The position numbers were made by a program, and so were the translations under genes. This document shows, piece by piece, positions 29,595 through 38,520 of a DNA stretch of 64,000 nucleotides. Each line of letters begins with the position of its first letter. The stretch's first letter is position 1. Below the pieces are notes generated by a model. That model searched no databases and was not told where the DNA came from. It saw only the letters and a list, made by a program, of their open reading frames with translations. The DNA is from Candidatus Latescibacterota bacterium. Lineage in GTDB: Bacteria; Latescibacterota; UBA2968; UBA8231. The stretch covers positions 2,080,001-2,144,000 of the forward strand of contig OZ241889.1 of the NCBI GenBank assembly GCA_965203355.1, given 5' to 3'.

Positions 29595-31283
29595 ATGAAT
29601 ATCAATGCCAGTATTATCGACCAGAGGGTATCGAGTATCCTTGAAGATCATTCCGAATGGCTGCCGGAAGGGAACGATATTAACAAAAAGAAGTCGGCGG
29701 CATTTGTGCTCCTGTGCATGTCAACGTGCCTTGAAATAACGCTTGCAGACAGTGCCGAATTGCTTACCGAGGGAGGGAACGATGCCGGCGTTGATGGACT
29801 TCACGTTGGCGAGGTTGAAGACGGTGATTTTCTCGTCGCGATTTTCCAAGGCAAGTACAAAGTCAAGGATCTGAGCGGAAAAGCAAATTTCCCGGAGAAC
29901 GATGTGCAAAAAGCTATAGGTACTGTACGGGTGCTGTTCGATCCCAATAGGAACGTCGCGCTAAACGAAAAAATAGCCCCTAAGATTGAAGAGATTCGCT
30001 CGTTGATACGCGATGCATATATTCCCAATGTTCGGGTGATCCTTTGCAATAACGGAGATCGGTGGACACCGCAAGCAGATAATTGGATAACTGGTGCAGA
30101 AGAGGATTACGGCGACAAAGTAAAATTTCTCCACTTCAACCACGATTCCATAGTCCGCATCTTGCAGCGCAGCAAACAGGTAGATACCATCCTGACACTG
30201 AGAGGGCAAGCTATCGTGGAAGATATGAACTATATGCGCGTTTTGGTCGGGCGCGTTTCCGTTCAGGAGATCCAACGACTGTTTAACGAACACGGAGACA
30301 GCCTACTCGAGCGCAATATCCGCCGCTACCTTGGCCTGCACACCAATCGCGTCAACACCGCAATTCACGAAACGCTTTGTGCGCCAAACAAATCTGACAA
30401 GTTTTATTTCTACAACAATGGCATTACCGCAGTCTGCGATCGATTTGATTACAACGCTTTTCAACAATCAGACTACCAGGTGCAACTCAAGAATATGCAG
30501 GTGATTAATGGGGGACAGACCTGTAAGACGATTCAAGAAACACTAAATGAAAGTTTGCCCAATATATTCGGCAAATCGGCTTATCTGTTGATTCGCATTT
30601 ACCAGTTGGCCGATACCCATAAAGAGTTTGTCCAAGACATCACTTATGCTACTAACAGTCAGAATCCAGTGGATCTCAGGGATTTGCGGTCTAACGATGA
30701 GATGCAGAAGCAGTTGGAGTTGGGCATGTCTGAGCTGGGCTATACGTATAAACGCAAGCGGGAGGAAGGTGGCAGTGATTCATCGATCATCACTAGTTCA
30801 ACTGCGGCAGAGGCCGTATTGGCAATCTGGCGAGAAAGGCCGCACCAAGCCAAATTTCGCCGCAAAGAGCATTTTGGAAAACTGTACGAGGATATTTTTA
30901 AGCCGCTCAACGCGGCTCAGGCACTACTCGCAGTCTTGATTTTCAGGGTTGTGGAGAACGAAAGAAAACGTCCGACAGCGGCAACGTCACCGGACTTTCT
31001 GCCCTATTCGTCCCACTACATCGCCATGTTGATCGGTCGCAAGTTGCTAAAATATAATGAACTCACCCTCGACCGAATTTCCCATCGAAACATTCAGGGA
31101 CTCTTACAGGTACTTAAGGAAAAGCAAGACCACTATTATGCGGATGCCATCCGATCGCTGGAAAATGCGTTAAAGGCTTGCTACGGCGATAGGGCTGTTT
31201 CACTCCAACAGTTGTCGGCGACTTTCAGGCGCGGCGACTTATTGGAGATGCTTGACGACCTCGATAAAATGGAGAAGGCATGA
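29595..31283 (+). CDS. AIPR family (abortive infection phage resistance) protein
   Basis: GGNDAGVDG, LLERNIRRYLG, FYFYNNGIT, QVINGGQT, TNSQNPV. Confidence 0.9.
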   Translation: MNINASIIDQRVSSILEDHSEWLPEGNDINKKKSAAFVLLCMSTCLEITLADSAELLTEGGNDAGVDGLHVGEVEDGDFLVAIFQGKYKVKDLSGKANFPENDVQKAIGTVRVLFDPNRNVALNEKIAPKIEEIRSLIRDAYIPNVRVILCNNGDRWTPQADNWITGAEEDYGDKVKFLHFNHDSIVRILQRSKQVDTILTLRGQAIVEDMNYMRVLVGRVSVQEIQRLFNEHGDSLLERNIRRYLGLHTNRVNTAIHETLCAPNKSDKFYFYNNGITAVCDRFDYNAFQQSDYQVQLKNMQVINGGQTCKTIQETLNESLPNIFGKSAYLLIRIYQLADTHKEFVQDITYATNSQNPVDLRDLRSNDEMQKQLELGMSELGYTYKRKREEGGSDSSIITSSTAAEAVLAIWRERPHQAKFRRKEHFGKLYEDIFKPLNAAQALLAVLIFRVVENERKRPTAATSPDFLPYSSHYIAMLIGRKLLKYNELTLDRISHRNIQGLLQVLKEKQDHYYADAIRSLENALKACYGDRAVSLQQLSATFRRGDLLEMLDDLDKMEKA

Positions 31284-31702
31284 AAGAGGACATACAAGCT
31301 TCCTTGATGAGGATGCCAAGCAACGACTTTAAGGCAGCAGCGCAAGATTTGTTAGCGGTCCTCGGCTATCGCAGCGCGCGTACGCTGGGCGGGCAGACGG
31401 GCGATGTGGCCGATTTCATCGCGCAGTTTCCCGCCCCAAAACCAAATACCAAGACTGAACTGGCATTCCGTGAGCACGTCCAATCGGTGCGGCTCGTCTT
31501 TCAGGTGACAAGCGACGAAATCACCGCTGTCCCCAAAATCCCGGCTGAAGAGTCCATAGATGAAATCGCCGCTGCGCTTGAAGTTCCGGTCAAAGTTATC
31601 CTAGAGACTATTTGCAGCGACCGCACGGTTAAACGCCGTGATTGCTCGTATCACTGGGCAGACAAAGCCACGCAGATACGGCCACTAGACATTCGCGGTT
31701 AG
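31280..31702 (+). pseudogene. Internally deleted relic of a second Type IIG R-M gene
   Basis: 31339..31529 matches 34107..34297 (about 5 mismatches in 191 bp), followed by VPKIP..EIAA, which resembles an MTase C-terminus. Confidence 0.8.
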
Positions 31703-31749
31703 GCTGTTGGTCAAACCCGCAAAACCGAGTAATGCGGCTTTTGCGCTGA
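31632..31749 (+). pseudogene. Decayed copy of the helicase 3' end
   Basis: Aligns to 29402..29531 (AACGCCGTGAT, GACAAAGCC.CGCAGATACGG, CATTCGCGGT, CCGAGTAATGCGG.TTTTGCGCTGA) with indels. Confidence 0.75.
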
Positions 31750-31775
31750 TCCAGCGCGCGAGCGGAGCAATCGCA

Positions 31776-32993
31776 ATGCCAGATTTTACAGAAGAAGAAC
31801 TGCTGCAAATCATCGCAGCCGGCGAAGCAGACCGCGTCGAATTCAAAGAGTCTTTGGCTGGCAACGCTGCTACTAGCATCAGGGAAGCGATCTGCGCTTT
31901 TGCCAATGATTTGGCTGGGCGCGAAAGCCCCGGCTTAGTCTTCATTGGTGTGAAGGACGATGGAACGATAGGCAACATAGCGGTCACCGATCCGTTGCTC
32001 CAGCAGTTGGCCGATATGAAAACCGACGGCAATATCGTACCGCCGCCCTCGTTGACAGTGGAGAAGCACCGACTGCAAGGCAGGGAAGTTGCGGTTATCA
32101 CCGTGCAACCTTCGAACTCGCCGCCCGTGCGCTTCAAGGGAGCCATCCACATTCGCATTGGCCCGCGCCGTGGCATTGCCTCCGCTCAGGACGAGAGGAT
32201 TCTCAATGAGAAGCGGCGATACGGAGACCGCCCTTTCGACCTACAGCCGATTCCGACCGCGAGCTTGTCCGATCTCGATCTGACCCAGTTTGAAAACGAA
32301 TACTTAACCGCCGCGTTTTCGGATGAAGTACTAGCGGCCAATGACCGCAGCTTATACGAGCAACTCGCGGCGACAAAAATGATCGTCGCCGCCGACCAGC
32401 CCACCGCAACTGTACTGGGCTTACTCGCAATCGGCAAGAACCCGCAGGATTTCTTGCATGGTGCCTATGTACAATTCCTCAGAATTGATGGCAACGAATA
32501 CACAGACAAAATAATCGATGCCCAAAAGATAGGCGGTTCCATCCCGCAACTCCTGCGCCAGCTCGAAGAAAAACTGACGGCCCACAATCGCATCGCGGTA
32601 GATATTACAACGAGCTACATTGAACAACGAACAGAACTGTATCCCGTGGCTGCCTTGCACCAGATTATCCGCAATGCCGTGATGCACAGGACGTACGAGG
32701 CAACTAACGCGCCCGTTCATGTCTATTGGTTCAACGACCGCCTTGAGGTGTTGAGCCCCGGTGGCGCATTTGGGGCGGTGACAGCCGAGCGGTTTGGGGA
32801 ACCGGGATTGGTTGATTATCGCAATCCAAATGTTGCAGACGCGATGAGAACTCTCGGATTTGTTCAGCGTTATGGTGTTGGAATACCCATCGCTAAAAAC
32901 CAGTTGGCGGCATCGGGACATCCAGAACTTGAGTTTGATGTTTCCAACACTTTTGTGCGGGTAACAGTAAAGTCGAGGAGAGGCAAACAATGA
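31776..32993 (+). CDS. Schlafen/AlbA_2 domain + HATPase_c_4-like protein
   Basis: EADRVEFKES, AICAFAND, FIGVKDDG; NAVMHRTY, SPGG, YRNP, GVGI. Confidence 0.82.
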   Translation: MPDFTEEELLQIIAAGEADRVEFKESLAGNAATSIREAICAFANDLAGRESPGLVFIGVKDDGTIGNIAVTDPLLQQLADMKTDGNIVPPPSLTVEKHRLQGREVAVITVQPSNSPPVRFKGAIHIRIGPRRGIASAQDERILNEKRRYGDRPFDLQPIPTASLSDLDLTQFENEYLTAAFSDEVLAANDRSLYEQLAATKMIVAADQPTATVLGLLAIGKNPQDFLHGAYVQFLRIDGNEYTDKIIDAQKIGGSIPQLLRQLEEKLTAHNRIAVDITTSYIEQRTELYPVAALHQIIRNAVMHRTYEATNAPVHVYWFNDRLEVLSPGGAFGAVTAERFGEPGLVDYRNPNVADAMRTLGFVQRYGVGIPIAKNQLAASGHPELEFDVSNTFVRVTVKSRRGKQ

Positions 32994-34000
32994 CCGTTCC
33001 AGTGTTGACATTCTTCAACAACAAGAGCGGCGTGGGCAAAACCTCGCTTGTCTATCATCTGGCGTGGATGCTGTCTGACATGGGGTATCGGGTGTTGGCT
33101 TGCGATCTCGATCCGCAGGCGAACCTCACAGCGGCATTGCTGGATGAAGATCCGTTGGAAAAGCTGTGGGATGAAGATAACGAGGTCGCCGCCCATACCA
33201 TCCTACAATGCGTCTGGCCGCTGACAAAAGAGGGCGATATCAAAGCCCCGGTGCTAACGAAAATTACATCTGCGTTGTGCCTGATTCCGGGCGACTTGGC
33301 ACTGGCCAGATTTGAAGATACGCTGTCATCAGCATGGCCTAACGCATTGGATTCTGGCGGGCTGTATCGTCCCTTCCGCATGCTGACGGCCTTCTCGACC
33401 GTCATGCAGTCCGGGGCTGCACAGATGGACGCCGCGGTCGTCTTGGTTGACGTCGGTCCCAGTTTAGGGGCCGTCAATCGCTCCGCGCTGATTGCTACCG
33501 ATTACATCGTCGTCCCACTGGGCACCAACTTGTTTTCGCTCCAGAGCCTGTGCCATCTCGGTCCGACGCTGAATCAGTGGCGGCAGGGCTGGCAGCGGCG
33601 GAGGGCCCACTGGACGCCACCGGATTTTCCGCTGCCAAATGGGGCTATGCAGCCCGTTGGCTATGTAGTGCAACAGCACGGCGTCCGGCTGAGTCGTCCC
33701 ATCAGGGCTTATGACAAATGGGTCAACCAAATGCCGGCAGAATACGCCCGCAGCCTGTGCGGGGACGCCGAAGGACCGTACCCCGCAACGCCAGCGCAAG
33801 ACGAACAAAACAACCTCGCCACCGTCAAACAATACCAGAGCTTAGTGACAATGGCGGAGGAAGCACGCAAGCCCATTTTTCACCTCACCACCGCCGATGG
33901 TGCCATGGGTAGCCATGCGGCCGCGGCAAACGACGCACGTCGGGATTTTCGGGATTTGGCGCAGAAGATCGTCCAGCGAATCAATATTGGGCACACGTAA
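32990..34000 (+). CDS. ParA/Soj-family ATPase
   Basis: FFNNKSGVGKT deviant Walker A, DLDPQANLT, DVGPSLGAVN. Confidence 0.88.
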   Translation: MTVPVLTFFNNKSGVGKTSLVYHLAWMLSDMGYRVLACDLDPQANLTAALLDEDPLEKLWDEDNEVAAHTILQCVWPLTKEGDIKAPVLTKITSALCLIPGDLALARFEDTLSSAWPNALDSGGLYRPFRMLTAFSTVMQSGAAQMDAAVVLVDVGPSLGAVNRSALIATDYIVVPLGTNLFSLQSLCHLGPTLNQWRQGWQRRRAHWTPPDFPLPNGAMQPVGYVVQQHGVRLSRPIRAYDKWVNQMPAEYARSLCGDAEGPYPATPAQDEQNNLATVKQYQSLVTMAEEARKPIFHLTTADGAMGSHAAAANDARRDFRDLAQKIVQRINIGHT

Positions 34001-34038
34001 ACTGTGTCCCCAAGGATTAACACAAGGAAAGCGACAAT

Positions 34039-37000
34039 ATGGACCGTATAAAAGAGGCGATACGCGCCACCCTTGCGAAAATTCCGCTGGGCGATTTTGC
34101 CGCGATAGCGCAAGATTTGTTAGCGGTCCTCGGCTATCGCAGCGCGCGTACGCTGGGCGGGCAGACGGGCGATGTGGCCGATTTCATCGCGCAGTTTCCC
34201 ATCCCGAAACCAAATACCAAGACTGAACTGGCATTCCGTGAGCAGGTCCAATCGGTGCGGCTCGTCTTTCAGGTGACAAGCGACGAAATTACCGCTGGGT
34301 TTGAAGCCCATTCCTTCGACAAAGGACAACAGCAGAGCTTCCTCTTTTTCGCCGTTGAACTCAAGGAAGCAACCTATCCTCGCGGCGAGTACGCGCAGTT
34401 CACCCGCGAAATCAACAAGCGCCTGAGTCAACCCTGCGTCGTTTTGTTCAGCACGGCCAATCATCGGCTCTCGCTGTCCTTTGTCCATCGCCGCGAGCAC
34501 AAGCGCGATCAACAGCGCGATGTGCTGGGTCGCGTGTCGCTGATACGGGAGGTGGACCCGACCCATCCCCACCGCGCCCATTTGGACATTTTGGCCGCCC
34601 TATCGCTGGCCAAGTGCGCGGATTGGCTAGGCCGCCATAACAAGCCGCACAATTTTGACGGGCTACTGGCCGCTTGGCTGGACAAACTGGACACCGAGGA
34701 ACTCAATCGTCAGTTCTATGACGAGCTGTTCGCTTGGTTCAAGAAAGCAGTCGCGGAAGCGAAGTTCCCGGCGACCGCATCGGCCGAGCAGCAGGTCATT
34801 CGGCTGATCACTCGCATCCTGTTCGTCTGGTTCATCAAGGAAAAGGACTTAGTCCGCGAGGAGTGGTTCGCACCCGCCGAAATGGAAAAGCTGCTGTGCA
34901 ACTTTGGCGGGTCCGACTACTACCGCGCTGTCTTGCAGAATCTTTTCTTCGCAACGCTCAACACCGAGATAGACGCGCGTGGTTTCAGCACCCAGACCGA
35001 GCCTAGCCACCGGGTTTTTTCGCGTTTCCGCTACCAATCGCTCATCCGCGATACAGCGCGATTCGAAGAGCTGATGCAGCAGACGCCATTCATCAACGGC
35101 GGCTTGTTCGACTGTTTGGACGACGAGGAATCGACAAGCGCCGGGGGCAGACGCATGGATATGTTCAGCGATCCCGATCCAAATGACGGTCCGCGCGCTG
35201 CCCAAGCGCGCCGCGAGGCGTGGCGAGAACTGAACGTTCCTGATGCCCTGTTCTTCGACCAGAGCGATGGGCTGTTTCCCCTGCTCAACCGCTACAAGTT
35301 CACGGTGGAGGAAAACACGCCCGTAGAGCAGGAAGTCGCTCTGGACCCGGAATTGCTCGGCAAGGTCTTTGAGAACTTACTGGCGGCCTACAACCCGGAA
35401 ACGCGCGAGACAGCGCGCAAGCAGACTGGCTCTTACTACACGCCGCGCGTCGTGGTGGATTACATGGTGGAGGAAGCCTTAGTCGCCGTGTTGACGGAAA
35501 AAGTGCCGCCCGACGATGGCGAAGTGGCGTATTGGCAAGAGCGATTGCGCTATTTGCTGGATTACGAAGACGCATTCGCCGACGCCAATGATCTTTTTGA
35601 AGAGGCCGAAGCCGAGGGCGTTGTGCGAGCGATTGCCGAGATCAAGGTGTTGGATCCGGCGGTCGGCTCTGGGGCGTTTCCAATGGGCATATTGCACAAG
35701 CTGACCTTGGCGTTGCAGCGGCTTGATCCTGACAATCAGCGTTGGCAAGCACTGCAAAAGAAACGGGCCAGACAACGGGCGGACGCGACGTTTGAAACTC
35801 ACGATCGGCAGAAACGCGATGCCGAGTTGCTGGAGATTAGTAAAACGTTCGAGCGGTATTCGGGCGATTTCGGGCGCAAGCTCTACTTGGTTCAAAACAG
35901 CATCTTTGGCGTAGATATTCAGCCGGTGGCCTGCCAAATCGCCAAGTTGCGCTTTTTCATTTCGCTGGCGATTGAGCAAGAAGCCGGGCGAGAAAGTGCC
36001 GACAACTTTGGCATCAAGCCGCTGCCCAATCTGGAGACGCGCTTTGTGGCGGCGAATACGCTGTTGAGCCTTGACAAGCCAGGCCAACTTAGTCTCGAAA
36101 GGGATGTGGTGAACCAGCTAAAACGGAAATTGAATGAAAACCGCGAGCAGCATTTTCACGCTACTACGCGCCAACAAAAATTGGACTGTCGGGAGAAGGA
36201 TGCGGAACTACGCGCAGCCTTGGCGGTGGAGTTGAAAGGAGTCGTCTTTTCGCCCGATACGGCGGAAAAAATTGCACGCTGGAATCCCTACGATCAGAAC
36301 GCTGTTGCCGATTGGTTTGACGCTGAGTACATGTTCGGCGAGCGTGGGGGATTTGATGTGGTGATTGGGAATCCGCCGTACATTCAGTTGCAGAAAAATG
36401 GCGGTGAATTAGGTAATCTCTACAAGAATGCCGGCTACGAAACTTTCGCCCGCACCGGCGATATATACCAACTTTTCTACGAGCGCGGTTGCCGGTTGTT
36501 CAGGCAGGATCAGGGCCTATTGGTCTATATCACCTCTAATAGCTGGCTCAAGGCCGAATACGGCAAAGCTCTGCGGCGCTATCTATCTGAGCGGCACACG
36601 CCGCTACGCCTGCTGGAAATGGGCAAGGATGTTTTTGAGAACGCCATTGTTGATACCAACGTCTTGATCGCACGTGGGGGCCACCATAAGACAACTGGCA
36701 AGGCTATAGATATGGATCGTTTGTCCGATAAATCTTTCCCGCCTGCCGAGTCTCTTTGGGGCGAACTGCGCCCGCAAGGTGAAAAGCCGTGGAGTGCGCT
36801 GTCGGCCATTGAACAGTCGATTATGGACAAGATGGAAGCTGTTGGAACGCCGCTGAAAGAGTGGGATATTGCGATTAACTACGGAATTAAGACCGGCTAT
36901 AATGCTGCCTTTATCATTGATGAAAAGACTAAAGAATCGCTGATCGCCGAAGATCCGCGCTCGGCCGACATTATCAAGCCCGTGCTGCGAGGGCGGGACA

Positions 37001-37623
37001 TAAAACGTTACCGAGCAGAGTGGGCGGGGTTGTGGATGATTGACGCGCATAACGGATACGATAGTATTCCTGCTGTTGATATTGACGAATACCCAGCCAT
37101 CAAAAATCATTTGGACAAGTTTTATCCCCAACTGAAAAAGCGACAAGATAAAGGCAGGACACCGTACAATCTCCGTAATTGCGCTTACTACGAAGTATTT
37201 GAAAAAGAAAAGCTATTTTGGATGCACATGGCACCGAGAGGTAGATTCGCATATTCCGACTCGGAGACTATTTTCTGTAACCAAAAGGCATTTGTTGTGA
37301 TCGGACATTCTCTCAAGTACCTCTGTGCGGTCTTGAATAGTCGTCTCATAACTTGGCAGGTCAAGAATATCGCAGTAACGACCGGTATGGGACTTACTCA
37401 ATGGGATAAATTCGTGGTAGAACGCCTACCCATTCCCCAAATATCCACCACAGATCAGCAGACCTTCATCTCCCTAGTTGACGAAATCCTGAAGGCCAAA
37501 ACCGTCAACCCAAAAGCCAATACCAGTGATCAGGAAGCAGAAATTGATCGGCTAGTCTATACCCTTTACGGCCTGACCGAAAAAGAAATCGCTGCAATAG
37601 TACTAGCGGAAAATTGTGAGTGA
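34039..37623 (+). CDS. Type IIG (Eco57I-like) restriction-modification enzyme, N6-adenine MTase with TaqI-like C-terminal TRD
   Basis: PFINGGLF, TGSYYTP, motif I LDPAVGSGAF, motif IV GNPPY, C-terminal AEIDRLVYTLYGLT. Confidence 0.92.
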   Translation: MDRIKEAIRATLAKIPLGDFAAIAQDLLAVLGYRSARTLGGQTGDVADFIAQFPIPKPNTKTELAFREQVQSVRLVFQVTSDEITAGFEAHSFDKGQQQSFLFFAVELKEATYPRGEYAQFTREINKRLSQPCVVLFSTANHRLSLSFVHRREHKRDQQRDVLGRVSLIREVDPTHPHRAHLDILAALSLAKCADWLGRHNKPHNFDGLLAAWLDKLDTEELNRQFYDELFAWFKKAVAEAKFPATASAEQQVIRLITRILFVWFIKEKDLVREEWFAPAEMEKLLCNFGGSDYYRAVLQNLFFATLNTEIDARGFSTQTEPSHRVFSRFRYQSLIRDTARFEELMQQTPFINGGLFDCLDDEESTSAGGRRMDMFSDPDPNDGPRAAQARREAWRELNVPDALFFDQSDGLFPLLNRYKFTVEENTPVEQEVALDPELLGKVFENLLAAYNPETRETARKQTGSYYTPRVVVDYMVEEALVAVLTEKVPPDDGEVAYWQERLRYLLDYEDAFADANDLFEEAEAEGVVRAIAEIKVLDPAVGSGAFPMGILHKLTLALQRLDPDNQRWQALQKKRARQRADATFETHDRQKRDAELLEISKTFERYSGDFGRKLYLVQNSIFGVDIQPVACQIAKLRFFISLAIEQEAGRESADNFGIKPLPNLETRFVAANTLLSLDKPGQLSLERDVVNQLKRKLNENREQHFHATTRQQKLDCREKDAELRAALAVELKGVVFSPDTAEKIARWNPYDQNAVADWFDAEYMFGERGGFDVVIGNPPYIQLQKNGGELGNLYKNAGYETFARTGDIYQLFYERGCRLFRQDQGLLVYITSNSWLKAEYGKALRRYLSERHTPLRLLEMGKDVFENAIVDTNVLIARGGHHKTTGKAIDMDRLSDKSFPPAESLWGELRPQGEKPWSALSAIEQSIMDKMEAVGTPLKEWDIAINYGIKTGYNAAFIIDEKTKESLIAEDPRSADIIKPVLRGRDIKRYRAEWAGLWMIDAHNGYDSIPAVDIDEYPAIKNHLDKFYPQLKKRQDKGRTPYNLRNCAYYEVFEKEKLFWMHMAPRGRFAYSDSETIFCNQKAFVVIGHSLKYLCAVLNSRLITWQVKNIAVTTGMGLTQWDKFVVERLPIPQISTTDQQTFISLVDEILKAKTVNPKANTSDQEAEIDRLVYTLYGLTEKEIAAIVLAENCE

Positions 37624-38420
37624 ATCAGGATCTAACTGACTGCGAGGCAACTCTTTATGCGTCACCTTGCTAGCTGGAAGGTCTAAGGTAAAGGCCGTTC
37701 TTCCACTGCGGAAATCTCCATCGCCGTCAGCCCATACAATTCGTAAACCTGTAGATCAATCTCGGCTTCAGTGTCGGATATATCGGCGTTCAAATCAGTC
37801 TCTTTAGCCGTCAAGATGTGGTCAACTAAGCGGATAAATGGACGCTGCACAGCAGCGGGGATTTCAGGGATGGGTATGGTTGTAACGGAAGCATTGATCC
37901 ATCGCGTCACACCCATTCCAGAATTCAGAGCCGTTTTGCTCATAAACCAAGTTATCAGCTTTGAGTTGAGCAAAGCGCATAGATACTTGATCGATTGACC
38001 AGACATCACAAATCCTGTGTTCAAACAGAACATTCCATCTACATCGTAGGCAAATCTTCCTTGCTCTGTGAGGTCCATCCAAATCAACTTTTCTTTGGCA
38101 AAGTTCTCGTGAGTACCCGAACTGTAATAATCTACTTGTAGTTGCCACCATTCGTAAGGCACCTTTCCCGTCCTAGGGTTAGCTCCACCCCTTCGTTTCA
38201 AAAGTTGCTTCTTGTATGGCAGTAGATGCCTATGTACCGCGGGATATTCATTTTCGGCAATTTTAGAATGACTATAAATTAGCCATAGCCCCGCCCACTC
38301 TGCTCGGTAACGTTTTATGTCTCGCCCTCGCAGCACGGGCTTGATAATGTCGGCCGAGCGCGGCTCTTCGGCGATCAGCGATTCTTTAGTCTTTTCATCA
38401 ATGATAAAGGCAGCGTTATA
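36898..38420. repeat. 132-bp inverted repeats (36898..37029 and 38289..38420) flanking an invertible 1259-bp two-TRD segment
   Basis: 129/132 identical by manual alignment. Both encode YNAAFIIDEKTKESLIAE(D/E)PRSADIIKPVLRGRDIKRYRAEWAG. Confidence 0.92.
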
Positions 38421-38432
38421 TCCAGTGAGCAC
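37683..38432 (-). CDS. Silent alternative C-terminal target-recognition domain (TaqI_C-like) of the Type IIG enzyme
   Basis: Intact 249-aa frame sharing the repeat-encoded segment, then divergent (YEWWQLQ, FAKEKLIW, KYLCALLNS, EIDLQVYELYGLT). Contains no MTase motifs. Confidence 0.85.
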   Translation of the reverse strand: MLTGYNAAFIIDEKTKESLIAEEPRSADIIKPVLRGRDIKRYRAEWAGLWLIYSHSKIAENEYPAVHRHLLPYKKQLLKRRGGANPRTGKVPYEWWQLQVDYYSSGTHENFAKEKLIWMDLTEQGRFAYDVDGMFCLNTGFVMSGQSIKYLCALLNSKLITWFMSKTALNSGMGVTRWINASVTTIPIPEIPAAVQRPFIRLVDHILTAKETDLNADISDTEAEIDLQVYELYGLTAMEISAVEERPLP

Positions 38433-38442
38433 CCCTCGATAA

Positions 38443-38484
38443 ATCGCAAAATATCACATTGCTCAAATAGTCATATTTTGCAAT
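38443..38484. repeat. 12-bp imperfect inverted repeat between the silent TRD and the recombinase
   Basis: ATCGCAAAATAT-N18-ATATTTTGCAAT (11/12). Confidence 0.55.
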
Positions 38485-38520
38485 CGCCTAAGACACTAAA
38501 ACCCTAACAAGGAGCTACCG

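Noticed and set aside
32990-34000. Plasmid or chromosome partition locus
   Set aside because: No parB, parS or rep nearby; the context is a defence island.
26303-37623. DISARM or BREX assignment
   Set aside because: No DrmA/DrmB (DUF1998), BrxC or PglZ genes. The content fits a helicase-associated Type IIG locus.
36898-38420. Diversity-generating retroelement TR/VR pair
   Set aside because: No reverse transcriptase; the repeats are inverted, and the three mismatches are not adenine-specific.
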